Positions 40,285 to 50,008 of a stretch of 64,000 bases of DNA are shown piece after piece. The position numbers were made by a program, and so were the translations under genes. Position 1 is the stretch's first letter. Every line of letters begins with the position of its first letter. Source of the DNA: Giardia intestinalis (lineage: Eukaryota); assembly GCA_000002435.2 (NCBI GenBank), contig CM018790.1. The stretch is one strand, 5' to 3'. The notes beneath the pieces are model-generated. The model made no database searches. It saw nothing but the letters and a program-made list of their open reading frames with translations, and had not been told where the DNA came from.

Positions 40285-41121
40285 TTGTGGCATGCATCTG
40301 GTTGCTATATGGATCTGCGCACATAGCTGAAGAAGGAGGTGGATAGTTGTAGACCTCTGTTGAACTTTTTAATTAGCCGTTTCTCTTACTTATTAATTTA
40401 TATCCCGACGTGGAGAAAGCAGTAGAATATCCCTTCAAGGACGCACTTATCGAGATGAGTGGTGAGACTAACTGCTGAATTGGGTCGTTTCTTATCTGAC
40501 CGTATACCTTCAATGCCTGTCTCTGATGCCTGTGACCCGCGACAAGACATCTGTTTGGAGAATCACGAAGCTATTGTTGTTAATCTGCGATACCTGTATC
40601 GTTTACTGCTCCATGATTGCTCCACAAATCACAGTTAGCCCATATTAATGTGCATCTAGAAGAGTAACCCGTCAAAAGGCGATGTGCGGCACCTTATTTC
40701 AGGTAACTTCAGAGTGCTCATGGCATACACTGCCCCAGGAAACCCCACTAGTACTCAGACCAGTCCCACTCAGTTGGCATAGAATAGTACAGTCTCTCAG
40801 CTACAAGTAGAGTATACCATGGCTGTGAGGTAAAAGATTGCATAGTAAAGCGTCCTAGCTTATGGGATATGTGCTCGAGCGTGGCACTGTACGATGAGGC
40901 TTAGGCATAATACCAAGCAGCTTTTGCGACTGTCTTCTTCTGGAGACCCTGCAAAGGGCTACACTTGGCGAGTGGGCGGCTACAACCAACTGATAACGAA
41001 CATAGCAGAGTAAACTTGAAGCACCCAATCAGTACGGGGAACACACACTTGGTTAGCGGAGGACGCTGTAGATGCTCTGGAGCACTTTCACGAGACGCTC
41101 AAGCCGATACCACGGGGTTGT

Positions 41122-42516
41122 ATGAAGATTTATAAAATACCCATGAGTGGAGCCGATGTAAGCACAGGCGGCACGCGCATGCCATCATCGCTAGAGGATC
41201 TTCTGGGTAGCCACAGCAAGGACGAGCCGTCAACCAGTAGGGACATAAGCACGAGGATAGGCGCGCTCAAAGCTCGGTTGACGCGTGCGACCGCAGCATC
41301 TGGCGGCACCACTGCACCGGACGTCCGCCTCTCGTCTCCCCACCTCACAGAGCCTTCTTACAGGCGCGCTTCAGTGGGAGGAGGTGAGCTTGGACGTCTG
41401 GCCTCCGAGATCCCCCGATCCAGCCTTTCTGACGTGCACTATTCAGAGGAGCTGTACAGTGCCAGATACAACGAGCAAGCAGCATCATCGAGCACACTAG
41501 AGGTGGAGATGCTGAAGCGGCGCATGGTAGAGCTGGAGAACGAAGTCATTGTCTTGAGGAACGAGAACGAGGCCCTGCGCAATCGGCTGACAATAGCGTG
41601 CACCCAGGGCCTGTGTCGGTCGGCCATAAACCAGAGCGCGATGAACGCGTCTCATGCTCCGGCCTCCAGGCAGAACGTGACCAATGCCACCGTGAGCAAT
41701 ATACGACCAGCCGCTTTGGACATGTCAGACTTTGAGCGCCAGTGGCAGGCCATTGAAGCAGGGGTGAACAATTGTGTGGATCGCACCTCGGTGAGCGATC
41801 CTCCTCAGATGGAGTCGCATACACCCAATACGGCCATATCTCCTAGCACTGGCAACAGTGCACTAACACGATCCCGTGCTTCTATCATGTCTGCTTCTCG
41901 TATTTCAACCACTCCACCAGTTTGGTGTAACGATGCACATAGGAAATCAAGAAAACTCAACAAAGAGATTGAGGAAGCATTGGGGAATGCGATCGCATCT
42001 AGTAATACAGGTCTTTCGTTTACAGCCTGTGGCAACGCAGATAGGGGTTCTTTAGGAAAGCAAACACAGACTCCAAATCCACATACAATCACTACAAAGG
42101 TTGCACTACCAACTGCAGGAAACTGCAAAGAGGCCGTCGCCCCAAGACTGGTTGGCATAGATGAAGATGCAGATGAGCCGTGCATTGTTTGGAAGAGGGA
42201 GACAGCGTCTGGATTGGTGCCTTCGGGGGCTCTGTCTCTTGAGCACATTACTGAATGCTTATATGGTGAACACGCACGGACGTTCAGAGGATGGATTATT
42301 GCTCTTCGTAAAGATGGTGAACAGAAAAGCATTGCGGACCTCATCGACCAGTGGGCAGCACTTCCTTCCGAGAGGCTTAGTCTTATTCCAAAGATTGGTC
42401 ATCCAAATACTATCGTTCTTGTGTCCCGCACCCGTGCTCTTTGCTTTGAAATTCATCATACAGAAGACTACACCATATGGGTCAATTATCTGGTTCAGAA
42501 GTTGAATGGATTGTAG
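41122..42516 (+). CDS. Hypothetical Ser/Thr-rich protein with central coiled coil and C-terminal PH-domain-like region
   Basis: ATG at 41122. Coiled-coil LEVEMLKRRMVELENEVIVLRNENEALRNRL; C-terminus LSLEHITECLYGEHARTFRGWIIALRKDGEQKS...IVLVSRTRALCFEIHHTEDYTIWVNYLVQKL fits PH-domain pattern ending in W...I. 3' end overlaps the next (convergent) gene by ~35 nt. Confidence 0.5.
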   Translation: MKIYKIPMSGADVSTGGTRMPSSLEDLLGSHSKDEPSTSRDISTRIGALKARLTRATAASGGTTAPDVRLSSPHLTEPSYRRASVGGGELGRLASEIPRSSLSDVHYSEELYSARYNEQAASSSTLEVEMLKRRMVELENEVIVLRNENEALRNRLTIACTQGLCRSAINQSAMNASHAPASRQNVTNATVSNIRPAALDMSDFERQWQAIEAGVNNCVDRTSVSDPPQMESHTPNTAISPSTGNSALTRSRASIMSASRISTTPPVWCNDAHRKSRKLNKEIEEALGNAIASSNTGLSFTACGNADRGSLGKQTQTPNPHTITTKVALPTAGNCKEAVAPRLVGIDEDADEPCIVWKRETASGLVPSGALSLEHITECLYGEHARTFRGWIIALRKDGEQKSIADLIDQWAALPSERLSLIPKIGHPNTIVLVSRTRALCFEIHHTEDYTIWVNYLVQKLNGL

Positions 42517-43933
42517 TCTGTCTTTTATTTTTCAACGGTTCCAATTGTATTACCGTACAATCAAAATGAGGAACACCGTCACATTTGAGAGCATCTACCA
42601 ACTCTGAGCTAACAAGCCCTGTCTGGTTCAATTCTAAGAACTTTGGTTCAGGTCTGGTGTTGGCGCCGTCAATCACTCGTCCAAAAGCTGGACTATAGAC
42701 GGTCGCTATTTCGTTGACCACAGAATTGATATAATTGAGAAGCTGAGAGCGTACATGGTCTAGGTATTGCTGTGTGCAAAATCCGCTTTGCTTAGTGCAC
42801 ACTTCCGCAAGAATTTCACCGTCCCAGCTGACCATTTCTTGAGGGAGGTCGCATATGCATCTGTTGTAGTTTTGAAGAAGCGACGGCCCTGGTTTGAAGA
42901 TTGCTTCAAAAGGTCCAAGAAGGTATTGTGGAAGGCTGGCCACAAACGCCTCATAGTCGTTGCCACTCTTTGTCTTAATTATGCTCTTCAGTTGTTCTAG
43001 AAGCTCACCACGAAAGCGTACGTCGACACTTTTAGCTTGTAGTCCCAGGTGGGGATGAAGCCGTATATCCAATCCTCGGCGTATCCACACGTATCTCCAT
43101 GGTCCGTTCGTGTAGGTATAGGCCACTTGCTGTACTGCAGTGATACACTGGAACCTTGTAGCGGATCGGAGTGTAACTCTATAAGAGCTCCCGTCCGATA
43201 TTTGTGCTGCTGTTCTCTCTACATGAAAGATGTCCGAGGTGATACTCTCCAATTGATTGAGATACTGTGCAGCGCGCCTGAGACCATCGGCTATTGAAGT
43301 TGCAAACCGTAAGGTAAATACCGCTTCTCTTTGAAACAATCTATATAACATGTCTATAGTCCAGATTGGACGAACTGCAAAGAGTACCTCCATAAGCATG
43401 GCCAGGGAACTCTGGGTGAGAACACTCTGAGGTAAAGACTGGAGACACATGGGGGTATCGTAGTCTATCATCCAGTCGAAGTTTCCGTGTGACTTTGGGG
43501 TGAAAGTTAGATAGACTCGATGGAGCCTTGGAGTAGGGTAGAGTGTTGTCTGCTCCAACAATGATGGTAGGGGAATGATTGCTTCTGCTGGGAATGCAAG
43601 AGAAGGGGAAGAAAGGTAGCTAATGTTTCTCTTCACTTGGCCCCACACCTTATACTTCCAGGAATAGACGGTAGACTCTTCGCCTGTGTCTGTAGAACGA
43701 TACACTGTCCTTACTTGTGCATAGGATACTATGTGTTCTGTCCTTTCTGGACTGTTGGGAAGTAACATTGGCTTTATAGTAGCAAGTTTGCCGAGGGTGA
43801 TTGGCGGCATATTGTGAATAGAGGATGAGGAGGTGCACTGTGAGAGGTGCATGCGGAGAAGCTCCGGGGCAGCAAAATGCCGCAGGGCTACAGAAGGAGA
43901 GTCCACTCTGAACGGTAAGATAATAACATTCAT
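42482..43933 (-). CDS. TFIIIC subunit tau95 (Tfc1/Sfc1/GTF3C5)-like protein
   Basis: Track start is GTG; first ATG is codon 17 (MNVIILPF...). Matches tau95 signature blocks as I recall them: ...MLMEVLFAVRPIWT (cf. ELFQERPIWS) and YTYTNGPWRYVWIRRGLDIR (cf. ITGPWRSLWIRFGYDPR). Confidence 0.5.
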   Translation of the reverse strand: MNVIILPFRVDSPSVALRHFAAPELLRMHLSQCTSSSSIHNMPPITLGKLATIKPMLLPNSPERTEHIVSYAQVRTVYRSTDTGEESTVYSWKYKVWGQVKRNISYLSSPSLAFPAEAIIPLPSLLEQTTLYPTPRLHRVYLTFTPKSHGNFDWMIDYDTPMCLQSLPQSVLTQSSLAMLMEVLFAVRPIWTIDMLYRLFQREAVFTLRFATSIADGLRRAAQYLNQLESITSDIFHVERTAAQISDGSSYRVTLRSATRFQCITAVQQVAYTYTNGPWRYVWIRRGLDIRLHPHLGLQAKSVDVRFRGELLEQLKSIIKTKSGNDYEAFVASLPQYLLGPFEAIFKPGPSLLQNYNRCICDLPQEMVSWDGEILAEVCTKQSGFCTQQYLDHVRSQLLNYINSVVNEIATVYSPAFGRVIDGANTRPEPKFLELNQTGLVSSELVDALKCDGVPHFDCTVIQLEPLKNKRQTTIHSTSEPDN

Positions 43934-44014
43934 TTTCTGCGGCTTGGGCAGCCCAAGGCCGAGGACATGAAAAACGCCCACTCTTATTTACACTCAACAA
44001 GCATGCCACTGCCC

Positions 44015-44656
44015 TTACTCCTTAGAGATTCTCATGGGAATCCCAATGCGGCGGTTTCTCTTGAAGCTGGTTTTCCGGACCCTTGTATCGACAACATTCT
44101 TCGCTGTCGCCAGTTGCTGAAGCGCTTTAGGATTTTTCCTGAAGAGGTCGTCAAGGATGGAAGACGTTCTCTGCTTCTTGGGTATCCGCGCAGAGTAGAA
44201 CTCGCCTGGTCCCTCTATGACCCTTCCAAAGTGCACGTTCCTCGGAAGCTTGCTAGAGTCCCACTCTATATCCGCGATCCCCTCCTCTGGTTGTAGCACT
44301 CCTCGCATGTCCAGCGCCTTCATGTCGCGAAGCTGTTCTGGAGTAAGATCCTGCTCGGGGATCTCATGCCATCGCCTAAGACTCTCGAGCTCCCGCTTCT
44401 TCTCTGCCCGCACGTCGTGGATCTTCATGCTCTTTGGGATGGCCCCAGGCTCTCGCCAAGTGAATTTACCTAGATCCACCTTACTGTTGGGATCTCTCAT
44501 TGCAGGCAGGATTGCCTTTTCCATTGCCTCCTGCGCACTGATAGAAAGTTTGCTACAAGCCTCTTCAGTAGCTGGGTCTAGTATTCTATCTAAAACTGGC
44601 TCTAGTCCGTACATCTTCATTTTTAAATTTAACAATCGTGCTAGCAATCCGTGCAT
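44015..44656 (-). CDS. FCF2: Fcf2 pre-rRNA processing protein (DNTTIP2 C-terminal domain family)
   Basis: ATG verified. C-terminal Fcf2 domain pattern LPRNVHFGRVIEGPGEFYSARIPKKQRTSSILDDLFRKNPKALQ (cf. PKxFQIGTIxExPxEFYSSRLxKKERKxTLVDELL). Plus-strand ORFs 43967..44296 and 44217..44687 judged spurious. Confidence 0.6.
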   Translation of the reverse strand: MHGLLARLLNLKMKMYGLEPVLDRILDPATEEACSKLSISAQEAMEKAILPAMRDPNSKVDLGKFTWREPGAIPKSMKIHDVRAEKKRELESLRRWHEIPEQDLTPEQLRDMKALDMRGVLQPEEGIADIEWDSSKLPRNVHFGRVIEGPGEFYSARIPKKQRTSSILDDLFRKNPKALQQLATAKNVVDTRVRKTSFKRNRRIGIPMRISKE

Positions 44657-44692
44657 CTCACATAGAAAGAGAGCCAGACAAGGATAGGCAAC

Positions 44693-45964
44693 TTACTTCT
44701 TCATAGAATTACAAATTACATCTATTTTCTTTCGCAGAAATACCTCATAGTTTTGGCCAAGGCCGAGAGACTGCACGGTGCGTCGTGCGACTTCCTCGGA
44801 CGTGTCTGTTTCGTAGAAATCTATCTTAATCTTTTTGGAACCAAACAGTATGTTTGTGGAAAAAATAAGCTTACCTTTCTCGGCAGTGTCTATGTTTCCT
44901 TTTGCTTGTGGACTGGGAGTGGCGGGGTCTTCGTCACTCAAGTACCCATTCTTGATCATTAAGCACTTAATCTTATCATAGAGCATGACATAGTCTCGCG
45001 ATGACACGTTGTTTTTCTGCATAAACTGGAGCATAGCTTCTCCGGGATCCTGTCCAATAAACCCGTGGAAGAGAACCTCTGTCCCATCACTCAAATCAAC
45101 AGGGAGGTCAAACTCCTTTGGCACATTGGAGTTCTCGTGCTTTCTCTCTCCAGGATTGAAGCTTGATGTTGAATCACATGAAATGGGCATGTCTTGTGCA
45201 TGCTGCAACCCTTCCTGTATATGTGTAGTTGGAAGCTTCACAGTGAACTTAGAAGAATCCTTTATGCTTAGCGACTGATCTTGGGGTCTTTGATCTGTAG
45301 TTGGCGACGGTTGAACCGCTAGGGGCACAGTGTCTAGAGTACCGGCCCTCTTAGCATAGAGTTTCTGATTAGCTTGTGATACTGCACCAGAGGGACTAAG
45401 GCTGACGGCAGGAGAGCTGGACTCGGTAGGAATTGCCTGGACGTCCTCAGGTGTCTCTGAATAAGTGGTCCGAAGATTAAGCAGCATAATTTGGCGCCTC
45501 TGCAGACAGTACTTAGTCGCTCTTAATAGGCAGCTCTTCAAGATTTCAGAGCTCTTGCTAAAGACATGTATGTAATGAAAGCTGTATCCTGGAGACACAT
45601 AAGGAGCAGCTATTTGCTCCACTGTCATGCAGTCCTCGTCTTCAGCATTGGTGTCGCAGAGGAAGCAAGATTGGGGCAGATTCTTAAGGCTCAAAAGACT
45701 TTCCAGCAGGGGCCTTGTCCGCTCCTGGCTTGAATCATATATGGCAATGATAATATCTGTAAAGTGTGTATCTAAGCGCTCTGCCAAAAATCCCAGAGAA
45801 GTGTCTGAATTCAGAGAGACTTGATCTAAAGTAACTTGCACACTGGACCCCTCCACAGAAGTCGTCAAAATTGGGCGCCCGCTGTTAATGGAATCCACGT
45901 AGGATGCAGTAGAAGCATCACTAGGCCCTACAAAGAGCCAGCGAACCATATTTTCAGATGCCAT
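44693..45964 (-). CDS. Hypothetical protein; N-terminal region with Ras-like fold hints but no P-loop; C-terminal ubiquitin-like/PB1-like beta-grasp hints
   Basis: ATG verified (cat 45962-45964). WLFVGPSDASTAS in place of a GxxxxGK[ST] P-loop; IIIAIYDSSQERT; C-terminal KIKIDFYETDTSEEVARRTVQSLGL. Weak, pattern-level only. Confidence 0.45.
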   Translation of the reverse strand: MASENMVRWLFVGPSDASTASYVDSINSGRPILTTSVEGSSVQVTLDQVSLNSDTSLGFLAERLDTHFTDIIIAIYDSSQERTRPLLESLLSLKNLPQSCFLCDTNAEDEDCMTVEQIAAPYVSPGYSFHYIHVFSKSSEILKSCLLRATKYCLQRRQIMLLNLRTTYSETPEDVQAIPTESSSPAVSLSPSGAVSQANQKLYAKRAGTLDTVPLAVQPSPTTDQRPQDQSLSIKDSSKFTVKLPTTHIQEGLQHAQDMPISCDSTSSFNPGERKHENSNVPKEFDLPVDLSDGTEVLFHGFIGQDPGEAMLQFMQKNNVSSRDYVMLYDKIKCLMIKNGYLSDEDPATPSPQAKGNIDTAEKGKLIFSTNILFGSKKIKIDFYETDTSEEVARRTVQSLGLGQNYEVFLRKKIDVICNSMKK

Positions 45965-46158
45965 TTTTTACAAAGTGGAGCATAAGGAACACGATGAAAG
46001 GTAATTGTAACTGAAAGCTGATGCTAGCTGATGTTAGCTGATGCACACACTACCGTGTACTTTCTGGTTTACTCATAATAATCACACAAACCTAGCATGG
46101 CAGCTTCTGGTCAAGTTACTGCCTTTGGTGCTTTGGTGGGAGGCTAAAAAATTTGGAC

Positions 46159-47379
46159 ATGGCGTCGTTCCGTGCCAAGAAACCTATACCCACCAGTCAT
46201 GTAGAGCCGGTGCAACCGCTGAAAGTGGAGAAAAAGGTCTCGGATGGACAAACCCAAAAGTTGTTCAAAAGGCTAGCTCCGAGTCAGCAATCACAAGTCG
46301 GAATATTTCGCCACGTAGTCCTTATAATTGACTCATCTGAATCCCTCCCGCTAACCTATCTGTCTGAGTTTGTCAATAGTCTCTTTCTTTATGTCCAGTT
46401 CATTCTTTCCCATCGGCCCTTAATTCGGGTTGCCTTTATGACCCTGCAGAACTCGCTCTGCTATCTTGAGCTCCGCTTTTCGTCCAACTTATCTGCCTTT
46501 GAAGAGGTCTTGAGGGACGGATTTCGTCCTTCTGGTCACATAGCGCTGGCCACGGGACTAGACCAAGCCTATGAGCTGCTGATGAATAACAAGTCTGCGG
46601 CGTCTTCTCGGCGAATCCTATATGTCAATTTCTCCAACGCTACTCTGGACTCTCTTGACATCTTCAGTGTATTGGAGAAGCTACTGGCCGCGCAGATACA
46701 GGTGGATATTGTTTCACTTACAAATCGCTTTGGGGTGCTCGATCACATAAGCCGGGTAACAGGCGGGAGGCATCTCATTGTGGACCGTGACGTCAAAGGT
46801 GGGTTGCTCAACTTGCTCAAGAGGCTGGAGTTGCGATCTGAGGACACTAGGCTCATGCACTCAAAAGGAAGGGAAGAACATTCCCTGAATTTACAGGCCT
46901 CTCACAACCAGACTGCGACAGACACGGAAGGAGGGAAGTTTATCATGGTGGGCTTTCCCGTACACATTTGTGATGATGCAATCTGCTTTTGTCACAACAG
47001 ACATGGTACAGGCTTCTATGAGTGTCCGTTTTGTTATGCAGTCGTGTGTGACATCTCCGAGTGCGTGTGCTGTGGCCTGCAACTGGTCATGTACCCCAAC
47101 TTGTACAGGGGGGCACTCCTTCATAAGCGAGCTCTGTCGTTCAAGAAATTAGATACCTCTTTGTCTCAGACTGAAAGCATTGTAAACACTACCAACCCAG
47201 CAGAGGATGGAAAGAACATCAAAGCGAAAAGCATGTGCTCACTGTGTCAGATGCAATACGGAACAGATACAGATACCAGTCAGTATTTGTGCAGTTTCTG
47301 CGACGCCCCGTTCTGCAAAAGCTGCTCCGAGCTGCTGGCAGAGGCGAAGGTGGCCTGTACGGTGTGCGGTCAGATTTGA
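46159..47379 (+). CDS. SSL1: TFIIH subunit p44/Ssl1 (GTF2H2): vWA domain plus C4 zinc finger and C-terminal RING-like finger
   Basis: Track ORF starts at TTG 46153; real ATG 2 codons later (ggacATGgcg). vWA MIDAS-like RHVVLIIDSSESL; zinc motifs CFCHNRHGTGFYECPFCYAVVCD and CSLCQMQYGT...YLCSFCDAPFCKSCSELLAEAKVACTVCG. Confidence 0.65.
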   Translation: MASFRAKKPIPTSHVEPVQPLKVEKKVSDGQTQKLFKRLAPSQQSQVGIFRHVVLIIDSSESLPLTYLSEFVNSLFLYVQFILSHRPLIRVAFMTLQNSLCYLELRFSSNLSAFEEVLRDGFRPSGHIALATGLDQAYELLMNNKSAASSRRILYVNFSNATLDSLDIFSVLEKLLAAQIQVDIVSLTNRFGVLDHISRVTGGRHLIVDRDVKGGLLNLLKRLELRSEDTRLMHSKGREEHSLNLQASHNQTATDTEGGKFIMVGFPVHICDDAICFCHNRHGTGFYECPFCYAVVCDISECVCCGLQLVMYPNLYRGALLHKRALSFKKLDTSLSQTESIVNTTNPAEDGKNIKAKSMCSLCQMQYGTDTDTSQYLCSFCDAPFCKSCSELLAEAKVACTVCGQI

Positions 47380-47599
47380 TGAAAGAGTCTATGTAATCTT
47401 AACAAATCTATTCCATTGTAAATTTTGCATGGTAAACATCGCTTGATGACTACCCCAGATCAACTAGAAGTCAATGTTTTTCAACTTTTTTCAGCTTGTT
47501 GAGTACCCCCTCCTCCAGCTCCGAGGAGCAGCATAGGTACCTACAAAAAAGTTGTGACCCTCCATGGTCCGCCACTCACGCTTAATTTAAAAAAAACCT

Positions 47600-49951
47600 A
47601 TGTCCACTATGAGGGGTCTCAAGAACTTCATAGCCGATGTCAGGGCCACAATTGCACCAGAGGATGAGCTTAAAATCGTGAATGAGGAAAAGGCGAAGAT
47701 TCGCCAGTGCTTCGCTTCTCCCAAGGCAGATTCCTACGACCGCAGAAAGTACTGTCTCAAGTTGATGTACATGCACATTCTGGGCCACAACATAGACTTT
47801 GGGCTCCTGCAGGCGTCTCAGCTGATGACGTCGAAGGTCAGGGACGAGAAGATCGTCGGCTACATTGTTCTTGGAGAGCTTCTGCACGACAACAAGGACT
47901 TCCTGCGCCTTGTCACTCAGACGATCATGTATGATCTTCAGCAAGTTAATGAGTTCGCAACCCCTCTTGCCCTGACGTTTGTTGCCAATGTGGCCAATGC
48001 AGAGATGGCGGAGGTCGTTGCGCCGGCATGCATGCAGCTGGTCGCTGCCCAGAAGACCCAGGTCAACTCATATATCCGCAAGAAGGCTGCACTGGCCCTA
48101 CTTCATTGCTACAGAGTCAACCCGGCCTCAGTGGACACTGAAAACATCAACTCCATGCTCATCACCCTTATGGAGGCAAAGAACGTAGGTTTCCTGAGTT
48201 GTCTGACACACCTGCTGTATGGAATCTCCGATGTTAACTCTAAGGTTTTCGAGGTCATCAAGACCCGCGCAATCTACCTTCTGAGCAAGATAATTCTCAA
48301 AAAAGAAGTCTCTGTTGATCACCAATACCATGGGTGTCCGTGCCCCTGGCTGATAATCTCTCTGATGCGCTTCCTGCGGCGCCTGGCCCCCAGGTTGGAG
48401 GAGGCTCAAGACAAAGATCATGGCCTTATCAACCAGCGCACCATGTTGGAAAGTGTCATCAATGAGATTTTCAAAATGTGCTCTGGAATCTCCAGTAGTG
48501 CACCGATTGACAAGCAGCAAATATTTTGGGCCCTTGCTTATGAAACGGGCGTCTTGTCGAACTATTACGCTGAGTACTTTGAGGAAACTATCAAGGTCGA
48601 CTTTATGATCAAGACGGTCACAGCTAAGGACACAAAGCCGAATGTCCGCTTTGCGGCGCTCTCTACTCTTGCGGAGATGTCCCGCATGGTCAACGTAAAC
48701 ATCGCGATCCGCGCCAACATACGCTCAATCGTTGAGATAGTCTCTTATGAAATGGACTTTTCGCTCCGCGGTAAAGGACAGGTTCTTCTGTTCAATAGTG
48801 CAGATGTGGAGACAGCCGAGGGCATAGTTCTCTGCCTCCTTGGAGGTGCAAAGGCCACTCGCTTCCCCAAGGACTATCGAGAGGACTCGCTACTGCGTGC
48901 CGCTATCCTTTGTGAGCGTTACGGGCTTTATAGCACCATTGAGGTTGATGGGGTTGACACCGTGAAGGAGTCTCTGTGGACTCTGCGTGCTATGATCAAC
49001 CTTCTCCCCACGGCGTCTGAGTTGCACCTTCGTTTTATTTGGGCGAATCTGGCCAACGCAATTATGCTGAAGATAGTTGGCGCAGATGAGTATCCTGACC
49101 TCAAGGCGCAGGTTCTGTTTCAAATTATTTCTGCCTGCTTCAACCAGGAGCAGATCCAACAAGGTAACCTGCTCGTTGTCGACGATCCGTTGATACTGAC
49201 AACGGCCTGTTATATTATAACCGAGTCTGTCTTTGAAAGCTTTGGGAAAGGATTTGAGGGAATCTTCTATGGGATTGAAAACACGCGACTCTTTGCCGAG
49301 TATGGACCTCTGTTCTCCGCCGAGGCCATCTTCCAGATAGTTTCCCAGGCCATCATCATGCTTTCTAATGGATCATTCAAGGAGGAGCAACCAGTAGCCG
49401 TTAGCGCCATGATTGCCCTCTGCTACATGAGCGTGTGTCCGATGGAGAACTTGCAGATGCTAATAGAATCACCTGTGGCAGACGTTCAGCAACGAGCAGC
49501 AGAGGCAATGGCTATCATGCAAATTCCTGACAGAGAGCTGGTTGCGACCCTACTCCAACAGACTCCTCTTCTCAAGAACATCCGCGGACTGGAAGCCATG
49601 ATTAAGAAAGGCGGTGATGATAAGCCGTACAGAGATGAGGACATCCCAGATAGCGACGACACTGGCACTAACCCCAGCACATATGTCGAGGACACTCCTG
49701 ACTCCACGCAGCCTGTTCAGTCTATTCAACCAGTACAGCCGGCTACCATGCAACCAGCCCAGTATGTTCAGCAAGCGCCGCAGCAGACTATGCCGCCGCA
49801 AACCCTTGCATCCATGATACCAGGCGGTATGCCTGCAGCCGTGCCTGCTCCGGTGACCATGCCAACTGCCGCCCCTGTACCGATAGCACAAACTATGCCT
49901 GCTCCCCAAGCTACTATGGCGCCAGGCTTAAACGATCTTCTTTCACTGTAA
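47600..49951 (+). CDS. AP-complex large subunit, adaptin N-terminal domain (gamma/alpha family; closest to gamma-adaptin/AP-1) with P/Q-rich hinge
   Basis: ATG after aaaaaaaacct. N-terminus MRGLKNFIADVRA...EEKAKIRQCF...YDRRKYCLKLMYMHILGHNIDFGLLQASQLMTSKVRDEKIVGYIVL...SYIRKKAALALLHCYRVNP collinear with adaptin N-termini (gamma: SYLRKKAALCAVHVIRKVP). C-terminal P/Q-rich hinge ending LNDLLSL (clathrin-box-like). TGTAAAT overlaps stop. Confidence 0.75.
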   Translation: MSTMRGLKNFIADVRATIAPEDELKIVNEEKAKIRQCFASPKADSYDRRKYCLKLMYMHILGHNIDFGLLQASQLMTSKVRDEKIVGYIVLGELLHDNKDFLRLVTQTIMYDLQQVNEFATPLALTFVANVANAEMAEVVAPACMQLVAAQKTQVNSYIRKKAALALLHCYRVNPASVDTENINSMLITLMEAKNVGFLSCLTHLLYGISDVNSKVFEVIKTRAIYLLSKIILKKEVSVDHQYHGCPCPWLIISLMRFLRRLAPRLEEAQDKDHGLINQRTMLESVINEIFKMCSGISSSAPIDKQQIFWALAYETGVLSNYYAEYFEETIKVDFMIKTVTAKDTKPNVRFAALSTLAEMSRMVNVNIAIRANIRSIVEIVSYEMDFSLRGKGQVLLFNSADVETAEGIVLCLLGGAKATRFPKDYREDSLLRAAILCERYGLYSTIEVDGVDTVKESLWTLRAMINLLPTASELHLRFIWANLANAIMLKIVGADEYPDLKAQVLFQIISACFNQEQIQQGNLLVVDDPLILTTACYIITESVFESFGKGFEGIFYGIENTRLFAEYGPLFSAEAIFQIVSQAIIMLSNGSFKEEQPVAVSAMIALCYMSVCPMENLQMLIESPVADVQQRAAEAMAIMQIPDRELVATLLQQTPLLKNIRGLEAMIKKGGDDKPYRDEDIPDSDDTGTNPSTYVEDTPDSTQPVQSIQPVQPATMQPAQYVQQAPQQTMPPQTLASMIPGGMPAAVPAPVTMPTAAPVPIAQTMPAPQATMAPGLNDLLSL

Positions 49952-50008
49952 ATTTGTTAGCGGACCGCCCCAAACAACAGGATTTCGCTGGGTAAACTAA
50001 AATTCCAA

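Noticed and set aside
40452-40499. Box C/D snoRNA-like arrangement (aGATGAg ... CTGA ... CTGA)
   Set aside because: The C box deviates from RUGAUGA, and I found no terminal stem and no obvious rRNA-complementary guide. It is kept only as a note within the long-spacer finding.
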